Shown one piece after another: positions 1 through 8,031 of a DNA stretch of 9,946 nt. The DNA is taken from positions 1-9,946 of the forward strand of contig JAKLZA010000093.1 of assembly GCA_030704615.1 (NCBI GenBank), given 5' to 3'. The notes below the pieces were generated by a model. It saw only the letters and a list, made by a program, of their open reading frames with translations. It did not search any database and had not been told where the DNA came from. The position numbers and the translations under genes were made by a program. This DNA is from Takakia lepidozioides (taxonomy: Eukaryota; Plantae; Bryophyta). How positions within the stretch are numbered: position 1 is the stretch's first letter; every line of letters begins with the position of its first letter.

Positions 1-720
1 TTAACATTCACCGGTGGTGGAGAAACTTTAATGGACTCTGTCTTTCTGGGATCCACAAGGAGTCCCTTCTTACACACAATGTGTCCCAGCAGCACCCCTG
101 AGTTCACACAGAAAGTACACTTCTCTGGATTCAGGCCCAGACCTCTCATCCTGCATCTGGCCAAACATAACTCCAATTTATGCAAGTGCTCACTCTTAGA
201 GCCGTACACACTGAAATCATCCAAGAATACCTGCATGAAATCATCCAGATACTCATGAAAAGATTCACTTATCACTCTCTGAAAGGTCGCTGGTGCATTA
301 CAAAGTCCAAAGGGCATGACTTTGTATGCATAAGCCCCCCAGTCTGTGATGAAAGCTGTTTTCCCTTGGTCTTCTTCTGCCACTTGCACTTGATTATAAC
401 CACTGAAGCCATCCATGAATGAGTACATCTCATGGCCTGCCACAGTGTCTAATACTGCTTCTGTGAATGGCAAAGGGAAAGGATCTTACTTCGTACAAGC
501 ATTCAGCTTCTTATAGTTCACACATACTCTTAGTTTGTCATTCTTCTTGGGAACTATAACAATGGGTGACAACCAAGTTGTATACTCTATTGGGTATATA
601 AACTTAGCCTCAGCCAACTTCTTTATCTCTTCTCCAACCTTCTGTGCGTAGTTGGGATTCATTCTATACCTCGCCTGCTTGATTGGTACTGACCCTGGTT
701 CCAGTTCAATCTTATGCTGA
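1..720 (-). pseudogene. Reverse transcriptase domain with a premature stop
   Basis: In-frame TAA at 486-488 (LNACTK*DPFPLP, where K is expected). The usual CVDY reads CVNY and KNGK reads KNDK, consistent with G-to-A decay. Confidence 0.85.
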
Positions 721-1154
721 CAGACTTCAGGTGGTATCCCTTTTAGATCCTCATAGCTCCAAGCAAATACATCTCTGTATTTGATGAACAAGCTTTTAGC
801 TTCTTCGAAGAATTCCGGCTCCAAATCAGCTCCTACTTTCACCATCCTCGGTTCCTCTTTAGTTCCCACATTTACTTCCCTCACCTGCTCATCAGCTGTG
901 ATTGTCCAACCAGTCACCACTTCATCCTGTAAGCTCACAGTGGCTGGTTCTTCTAGGATTTCTATTTCTCCTTCTCTTTCTTCATAGAAATGTGATGGGT
1001 AAATGCTGGTTTCATCTTCAGTTGGTGTTGCTGTCACTACACCACAGCAGATACCTCTCAAACAACTTAGGCTTTCCAGCCGCATCTCTGCAACCTGCTC
1101 CCACTCTGGGTGTGCAGCAAATAGGGTAGCTTCCTGCTCCTGGGGGCTGCTATT
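1..1154 (-). mobile_element. pol: Ty3/Gypsy LTR-retrotransposon pol fragment (linker plus reverse transcriptase), non-chromovirus type; decayed, 5'-truncated or interrupted, continues off the left edge
   Basis: ORF 486..1085 has FAWSYEDLKGIPP, QHKIEL, WLSPIVIVPKKN and LRVCVNYKKLN. Reading through the TAA at 486-488 in the same frame gives DPFPLPF..YSFMDGFSGYNQ..KTAFITDWG..MPFGLCNAPATFQR..VFLDDFSVYG (FLDD at 216-227)..LNPEKC..LLGHIV, which are canonical Gypsy RT motifs. The frame stays open upstream to ~1154. Confidence 0.95.
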
Positions 1155-1155
1155 T

Positions 1156-1212
1156 CATGAGCGGCATGAGCATGAGCGGCATGAGCATGAGCGGAAAAAA
1201 AAAAAGCATGAG
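1156..1212. repeat. Short tandem CATGAG/CGG repeats (15-bp period) plus an A-run at the junction with the Gypsy fragment
   Basis: catgagcggcatgag catgagcggcatgag catgagcgg, then an 11-A run, then gcatgagc. Confidence 0.8.
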
Positions 1213-1228
1213 CAGACCATTGTGAGTC

Positions 1229-1263
1229 CACGGAAATAGGGTTAGGAGGCACGGAAATAGGGT
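1229..1263. repeat. 14-bp direct repeat, two copies
   Basis: cacggaaatagggt at 1229-1242 and 1250-1263. Confidence 0.85.
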
Positions 1264-1377
1264 CATGTGAAGTTGGAATGTGGCACCAGTGGACTTAAAA
1301 TGCAACATTTTATTGCAAATTTTGTGGCAAGCCACGTCTATACAAGTGTGTTCTAACTGTCATAGCCGGAATGGGCA

Positions 1378-1837
1378 CTACTCTCCTACACCCTCCGAGG
1401 AACTTGCCCCACCTTCTTCCTCATCCCCCTCATCCCCCTCATCCTCCGAGCTCTGTGATGCATCAGTTCCACTATGCCTCTCAAAAATCCCGTCCTCTCC
1501 TTGGGGGACTGTCCACCTCACCTCCTGGGAATCTTCTGCGTCTTCTCCCCCACTTTCCTCAGCAGAATCCAACACAAATCTACGAGCCCGACGGGCTCTA
1601 ATAGCTGCTGCCTCCTCCCTCATCTTCATTTTCTTGAGGCTTGCCTCGTCTAAAATATGCTGTACACGACTACGTTCGGAACACCTCCTAATGGACACCG
1701 AAGCAAGCCGGGCAGCATAAGTAGGCAGGATGTACTCCCTTTCTGGACTAGGCATGAAATCTCCCCTGGCAAAAAAAGGCACGTTCCTCCTGCCCATGAA
1801 CTCCGGTGTAGACGTCCCTCCGGCAGTACTTGGCATC
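1378..1837 (-). CDS. Exon 9 (terminal): basic helix and highly acidic tail
   Basis: Acceptor TTACTGTAG ends at 1838 (phase 2, matching). Lies in ORF 1378..1881, TAG at 1378-1380, tail EDEGDEGDEEEGG. Confidence 0.7.
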
Positions 1838-4800
1838 CTACAGTAAGAACAAATCCACTTGAAGAATGTCAATACCAGCACAACCAGAAAGGGTTTTCAA
1901 TGAAATAAGAGAGCGGAGGGAGGTGCCTCACAAAATCTGGAGGCAACTTACAATGCCACCACTCACTCGTAAACCGGGGGCTCCTCGGCCTCGATCCCAA
2001 CTTCCTCCCCCTGCTCCTTCTCGGATTTTTCCTCATCCTCCGAGGATGCCTCTTCCTCTTTCGGCAGACGTTCAGCCGCTGCAAGTTCCGAGTTGTGGAG
2101 GGCAGTATCTGGCTCGAAGGCGAACACATGCCTGTCGGACAACGTCCCTGCCCACATTGAAGCACCTGAGGAACAAAGCGGGCGGTTAATAGCTTGCGGC
2201 ATGCAATTGCAATGGGGCCAGGGGACAAACTGAGCACGTGAAGGCTTACCCGTGCCGCATGTGAGGTCCAGAATCCGCCCTTGGACATCCGAGCACGTCT
2301 CCATGAGGGTTTGGATGAAAGCAGGGCTTCGGGTCCGGCTGTACCGCCACGGTTTGCCTGTCTTTGTGTCCTTCGGCATACTAGAGTGGGGCACATAGTT
2401 GTAGAGGACATCGTAGGTTACAGGGTCCACAGCGGCATCAACAAGACGACCGTCGTTGCGGAATTTGAACGTAGACCCTCTCTTCACAAAGCAATATGCC
2501 TCAAACACCAATGTCTGCACATCCAACAAAGAAGGGATCAATTCCAGGGTCTACTTAACATACACCACAATATGAAGTGAATGCAATAGATTGATAACTT
2601 ACACTTTGGCCCTCTGTTCGCAACCCCTGCGTACTGATGCAGAACCATTTTCTGAGGAGGACCGGGGTGACACTTTTCGGTGTCCACCTTGCCACCGCAT
2701 TCTCTGTGGTCTTCCCTCTCGTGGCAAGGACAACCACACATCCACCGTCATCCAGAAGCATCCCCGCCAGCCCAAACCCGGCTTTCCAGTAGTCCTCAGT
2801 AAATCTGTTCCAGGTGGGCACACCATCCAGGCCCTCCAGCAGCTCCCCATCTGGAATGTCGAGGAGAATCATGTCGCAAGCTCTCTCCACCTCAACCCCC
2901 CCCCGAGTGCTCTTGCAATTCGTGCTCACAGCCGTGAAGAATCCATCATGGCTTCAAAACCAGGGGTGTCTTTAGGCTCTGTACCGGCAGCCCTCTTCTT
3001 GGCTTTCCCTTCTGCTCCGCCAGAGACTTGTTGTGTGCCACCTTCTTCGCCCTGGCAGCGAGAGCGTCAAGGAAGCTCTCATTGACGCATTGGATGATGG
3101 TTGGAGGTTCTAGCTTTGGCCTGTGCGTAAACGTCACCGCCGAATACCGCCGTGTAGGCTCGCCCTCAAATGCCAACTTCTTGGCAGAGCCAGTCCCACT
3201 CCGAACTGACTTGGGAACCCGGACGACCGGTGACTGGGTAGGAGCAACAGCAGTCGCAGGACCTTGAACAAAATCGGCGTCGGAGTCACTCTCTTGGGTC
3301 CCCTCCTGCGCCTCCTCCGATGCCCCGATGGTTTTCTTCTTTTTGGGTGTTACTGCAGTCACCTGTTTCCTTGTCCTTTTCCTTTGACCTTTACTCTTCT
3401 CATGCAATTTCTCCTGAATTCCTGCCTGAGCAAGCTCTGCCGCTTTCCTGGAGTTCGCAAGCGCTTTTGCCTCTTTTGCACCCAACGGAGGCAGCGGAGC
3501 CCGGTTTCGTCGGAATTCAGCATCCAGCTTCAATTGAAACTCGGATGGGTCGAGCGAGCCGGGCGGAAGGTCCACATACCAAGGGCAATCACGCAAATGT
3601 TCCAGATGCCACTCCTTCACAATATCGTCAGTGTACATGGAGTCAGCCCCAGGGTTCCTCCATGCCAGGAAGAATGGTGGCTCGAAAGACAGATGACCTT
3701 TCTCCAAAAGCGAGAACTTACAGTACCTGCATTCATGAAAAACCCAATGAGGTCCGAAAATGGCTAAGTCCCTGAACGGCAATAGGGCCTACAACTGGAA
3801 TATGGCGCCGAATTTCCACTTCAGGGCCACCCAGTCTAGGGACTTAGCCCGAAAATGGCTAAGTCCCTGGACGGCAATAGGGCCTGGAACTGGAAAACGG
3901 CGCCGAATTTCCACTTCCGGGCCAGCCACCCTAGGGACTTGCACCAAAAATGGCTAAGTCCCTGGACGGCAATAGGGCCTAGAACTGGAAAACGGCGCCG
4001 AATTTCCAGTTCCGGGCCAGCCACCCTAGGGACTTAGACCGAAAATGGCTAAGTCCCTGGACGGCAATAGGGCCTGGAACTGGAATATGGCGCCGAATTT
4101 CCACTTCAGGGCCAGCCAGTCTAGGGACTTAGCCCGAAAATGGCTAAGTCCCTGGACGGCAATAGGGCCTAGAACTGGAAAACGGCGCCGAATTTCCAGT
4201 TCCGGGCCAGCCACCCTAGGGACTTAGACCGAAAATGGCTAAGTCCCTGGACGGCAATAGGGCCTGGAACTGGAATATGGCGCCGAATTTCCACTTCAGG
4301 GCCAGCCAGTCTAGGGACTTAGCCCGAAAATGGCTAAGTCCCTGGACGGCAATAGGGCCTAGAACTGGAAAACGGCGCCGAATTTCCACTTCCGGGCCAG
4401 CCACACTAGGGACTTAGCCCGAAAATGGCTAAGTCCCTGAACGGCAATAGGGCCTGGAACTGGAAAATGGCGCCGAATTTCCAGTTCCGGGCCAGCCAGT
4501 CTAGGGACTTTGCCATTTTCGGAGCCCTGACTGGAAATTCGGCGCCATTTTCCCTAACACCACTTAGGCCTCTAACATCCTGAAATGCCAGGACTTGAAA
4601 GAAAGGCAGCGCGTATGTACCTGTACAGAAGGCGCATTGCTGCTTTGTCCGCGTTCGGCTGGTCGGTGAACTCGTGGCTCCGGCGAGCATCTGCTATCTC
4701 CCGAAAGAATAGGTTGGTTTTGTAGAGCAGAAAGTACCTCGTCACATAGTCACGTAGGCTCTCTGCTGCAAGAGATATCTCCATCTTGAACTGATGTGCT

Positions 4801-7425
4801 TGTGTGTCCAGCTGCTCTTGCGCATTCGTCGTCACCTGTGGAGATTGTCCATCAGATCGCTTTCCTCAAAAAATACAATGAATCCACCCCCTACTAGAGT
4901 ACAAGCCCCAAACGAAGCGTGGGGAAGTACCTGAAACCACCATGTCATGCGGTTCATCCACATGTCGAATGTGGGGTCAGAGAGTTTGTCCGGTTTGGGG
5001 AAGCTCCACATGTCCCTGGTACTTTGGGAACCATTCCAGATTTGGAGCCACCGGGTCTGTCCAACCACCCAGCATATTCGTAAGCGCCAAACACCACAAA
5101 AAGGAGTTGTTGCCACCACAATTTGGTTAAGAATGTATCACCTTTTCTGTTGCATCCACACAGGATGTGGCTAGACGATGGAGCTTCTCCAATGTCATCG
5201 TGGGCTTCAGAGCGCGAGAGTAGTGCTTTCCCACCTCCACCAGAAAGTCGGCACCAAGGGCGGGATCAGCTATGGCCACGTACTTTACCATCCGCGACTT
5301 GTACTTTATGCGGGCCCTCACCTCCGCAGCTTTGACATACGATTCGAGTTCCGGGAGGGTTGGATTCTTCTCCTCTGACTCCATGTAGAACCTCCGCGCA
5401 TGTGCCAAATCCTGCTGTATTTTCGTCTGTCGAAAAGCAGCACATAAGATTAGAGATCCTGCTCAACACAATTTCTTCTATTGGGGGAGGAGAGACAAAT
5501 TAGCTCAACAAAACTGCAGGAGCTTTACCCGAAATATGTAGTCCACCATGGCGTCGACGCTCAGCCTATACCAGGTTCTGTCTGCCTTTGCCTCCGACTT
5601 GCGCAGGAGGTCGGCACTGAGGGAATTGGCAAACTCTTGCACCCCCTGCCTCCCGACATCCTTCACTCGGAAGAGCATATGGGACAAGTTGGTGGCAATG
5701 AAGGCATTCTCAGTCACCCTGCAGTGCCACATTTCCATCAAACAATACTGAAATGGGAATTTTCATCATATATGAGGATTCGCAATGAAATGACTTCCAA
5801 ATTCAAAGTCCAAAAGCGAGAGGGGTTGTAGCTTACGAGTTGATGTCGGCCATTGCAGCTTTGAGAAGACTGCGATCTTTGGGCCCCGCAACCTTCAGCA
5901 CAACACAATCGACGGCGAAATGCCAATCGAGATCGTTGGGGTGGGCTTGGGCAATGTGCTCCATCCATGCCAGGAGGCGATGATTGCCGTCCCACACGTA
6001 GAACATCTTACCGGACATGTGCTGGAAAAGAGGATCACTAGCAATCGATCTCTCGAACTCCTCATTTCGCGTTTGCCAATGGGGACCCCATTTGTCCACC
6101 TCATCGGAAGTGTGGGCACGGGAAGCTCCGTGGTCGTTCTCAATGGAAACGTAAAAGGCGGCAGACCCCATTCGATATCCATCCCGGAAAGAGAATTTCA
6201 GCTTGTCGATATCGCCTGGGAGGGCAGGTCTCACCACCTGCAATGACACCAAGCGGCAAAGGGGAATTCGAAGCTTGGCCGGGTACACCATGCCCCCCAG
6301 CACCCTGCCAATGTTGCTGTGGGTTGCCTCCAACATCTTGGCAGCGGCCAACTTCATATCCGCCTCAGACATGACGTCTGCTGCAGAGGGGTTTTCCGGC
6401 AGCCCACCAAGACCGCCAAATCCAGCCTGTATGCTCCGGGTTTGGGGCCTGGGGATGTCCGGGAGAATGTCATCCTGGTCAGAAACATCCATGTCGTCCT
6501 CCTCAACAGGGTCAGCCACCTGCGAAACCACCTCCAGCACTCTCGTCGTCTCTACTGCCCTCTCCCTGGCTTCACCTCGAACTTGCACAATCGGTGCTCT
6601 TTCAGGTGTTCTTTCCTCTCCTCCACTCTCCACCGTATGGGTAATTGCGGGGGCTGCACTTGCCCGCGATGGTCTAACCGGTGTGCTACTGCCTCTCTGT
6701 GGTGTCTTGTAGGGATCCACCGTCTCTGTGTGTCCCTCGCTTACATTGGCATCTGTCATTTGGGCACCCCTGGCCTCTTCAGCTGCCTTTTGTCTTTCCT
6801 CCTTGCTAGCATTCTGTCTCGTCTGTTCTTTTGCCCTCTCTTTTGCCCTCTCACGGGCTTTCTGTTTCTTACTAGGGCTAGCAACAGGGGAGCCCTCCAG
6901 GACGACCACCTTTGATTGAGGCGAACTGACACCCTCGCGCGCACTGCTCACTCCCCCTCCGCAGCCCGTGACTGCTCTCTCGGGGGATTGCATGTGCTTA
7001 GCTTTCTTCTTTTTCTTTGCGTGGGCGGGCCCTACTGCATGTGCATGAACAACCTCCATTGCCGGATCTGCTGTCCTCATGTCCTCACGCCCTTCACCTG
7101 CCATGCCGCCTGCACCAACCTCCCCAATGCCTACTCTATCGTAATCTCGTTGCAAGTCCTCCCGTCCACCAACAAAAGATTTAAGTTTGCCCTCTCGCCC
7201 CAAGTTGGGCGATTCAAACATGCGATGAGTTGGAGCTGTCGATGATACCACCAGCGTGCCGGGCTCGTCGTCACTCTGTGATTGACAAAAATCGTGAACA
7301 CCAACAGTGGTGCAAAAAGCAGCAGCGCAACCACCATAGCAGCAATCATGTAGCACAAATGAAAACATAACAAGTTTAGGAAGTATGGAGAGCCATGCAA
7401 CAACAATGAAAACAAATGCAACCAT
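1378..7425 (-). CDS. Multi-exon gene: ParB/Srx-like domain plus beta-class amino-DNA-methyltransferase-like fusion protein (~1,480 aa; 5' end uncertain; one frame break)
   Basis: Predicted exons: <=7425-5837, 5718-5529, 5426-5142, 5056-4931, 4835-4621, 3726-2603, 2514-2250, 2165-1967, 1837-1378. All 8 introns are GT..AG with matching phase (118, 102, 85, 95, 894, 88, 84 and 129 bp). Alternative starts are ATG 7221, ATG 7104 or an upstream exon near 7703. Confidence 0.8.
1967..2165 (-). CDS. Exon 8: MTase C-terminal part (motif II) and an acidic linker
   Basis: Removing the 84-bp intron 2166-2249 gives DLTCGTGASMWAGTLSDRHVFAFEPD, colinear with the consensus DPFxGSGTTxxAAxxxGRxFIGxE. Acceptor TTCCTCAG; donor GTGAGT at 1966. 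Confidence 0.85.
2250..2514 (-). CDS. Exon 7: MTase motif VIII-like segment, putative TRD, motif X and SAM-binding motif I
   Basis: TLVFEAYCFVK...GKPWRYSRTRSPAFIQTLMETCSDVQGRILDLTCGTG parallels HEYILVFxK...KPxxLxxxLIxxxSxxGDxVLDPFxGSG. Acceptor GTGCAG ends at 2515; donor GTAAGC at 2249. Confidence 0.85.
2603..3726 (-). CDS. Exon 6: linker with NLS-like tracts and the N-terminal (catalytic) half of the MTase fold; contains a frame break at ~2930-3060
   Basis: Acceptor GAATGCAG ends at 3727 (phase 2, matching). ORF 2946..3782 (RKRTRK, TPKKKK, TIIQCVNESFLDAL) is followed by the ORF 2555..2929 frame (CDMILLDIPDG, MLLDDGGCVVVL, RKWFC). Donor GTAAGT at 2602. Confidence 0.7.
3754..4522. repeat. Intronic tandem array, 8 x 95 bp, with a 190-bp higher-order dimer; each unit is made of two hairpins
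   Basis: atggctaagtccctg recurs at 3760, 3855, 3950, 4045, 4140, 4235, 4330 and 4425. Segment 3950-4139 is identical to 4140-4329. Confidence 0.97.
4621..4835 (-). CDS. Exon 5 (VTTNAQEQLD...MRLLYR)
   Basis: Acceptor CTCCACAG ends at 4836 with a CTGAT branch-like site upstream; donor AG|GTACAT at 4620 (phase 2). Lies in ORF 4572..4835. Confidence 0.7.
4931..5056 (-). CDS. Exon 4 (TRWLQIWNGS...WMNRMTWWFQ), Trp-rich
   Basis: Acceptor GGACAG ends at 5057; donor CAG|GTACTT at 4930. Lies in ORF 4832..5119. Confidence 0.6.
5142..5426 (-). CDS. Exon 3 (TKIQQDLAHARRF...DATEK)
   Basis: Acceptor TTTTCGACAG ends at 5427; donor GTGATA at 5141. Same frame as ORF 5127..5408. Confidence 0.65.
5529..5718 (-). 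CDS. Exon 2 (VTENAFIATNLSHMLF...DYIFR)
   Basis: Acceptor CACTGCAG ends at 5719 (phase 2); donor GTAAAG at 5528 (phase 0). Lies in ORF 5505..5741. Confidence 0.7.
5837..7425 (-). CDS. Exon 1: low-complexity N-terminus with a basic NLS-like tract, then the ParB/Sulfiredoxin-like domain (~5840-6280)
   Basis: KLRIPLCRLVSLQVVRPALPGDIDKLKFSF..GY..FYV..MFYVWDGNHRLLAW matches the ParB/Srx N-terminal pattern (DGNHR at 5977-5991). Basic tract AKKKKKAK. Donor GTAAGC at 5836. The first ~50 codons look intron-like, with a possible acceptor at 7276. Confidence 0.75.
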
Positions 7426-8031
7426 TGCCTAAGAATGACATGCACAAGCAGCCTTCTCCAGAGCTGCCGGATTTGCACACGCATTGCAAACAATCTAAGG
7501 TTCAGTCAACTATCTAAAGTTCACTCATAAAGCAAAGCCAGGATGAAGATGTGCAGAAACAAAGGCGAGGTAACGAAGCAAAAGCAAAAAAAAATCGAAC
7601 AAACCGAAAGCAGAAGTGGCTTGCCTGAGAGTACTACTCGTTCAGTTGGCGCAGGTTTGAGCAAGACAACTGGAATCTCCTGCTGGAGCTTCAGTTTGGC
7701 CATGCGAGAGATTGGCCGTCGTCCGTAGTACAAGAGCTTTCAACTTCCGCCGCGGTCTGGATCTGAGGTCTCTCTCAGGAGAGCCACGCCCTTCAGGCGG
7801 CATAAGTCCCAGCCAAAAGATCTCCTTTTTTGGGGTACATGCCTGGAATACCATGTTAAGCCAAGTATAGCATGAGATTGAGGGTACGTGTCCAGGAAGC
7901 CATGCGTCGCCAGCCCGAATAATAACCGACGGCCGTCGACATTTATTGCCCAACTGCGCAATTAAATGTCGGATGAAGCCCTCCATATGTCGGAAGAAAA
8001 TCGACGAAACAGTCCCGGAATTTCCCTCACA

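Noticed and set aside
2166-2249. In-frame peptide KPSRAQFVPWPHCNCMPQAINRPLCSSG as part of the MTase
   Set aside because: It has strong GTAAGC and TTCCTCAG splice signals, and removing it restores canonical motif I-II spacing, so it is treated as an intron.
3754-4522. CRISPR array, or small repeated ORFs (MAKSLDGNRAW..., MAGPELEIRRR...)
   Set aside because: There are no unique spacers. The ORFs are translations of an intronic tandem repeat.
31-7245. Plus-strand ORFs (e.g. 180..422, 1280..1720, 2591..3085, 6203..6712, 6319..6915)
   Set aside because: They are antisense shadows of minus-strand coding sequence with no recognisable motifs.
5833-7425. Gag or env-like ORF of the Gypsy element
   Set aside because: No zinc knuckle, capsid or protease motif is present. 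It carries a ParB-like motif and splices into downstream exons.
7625-7703. Upstream coding exon MAKLKLQQEIPVVLLKPAPTERVVLS with a GC donor
   Set aside because: The start context is plausible, but I could not find a phase-compatible acceptor linking it to exon 1, so it is left unannotated.
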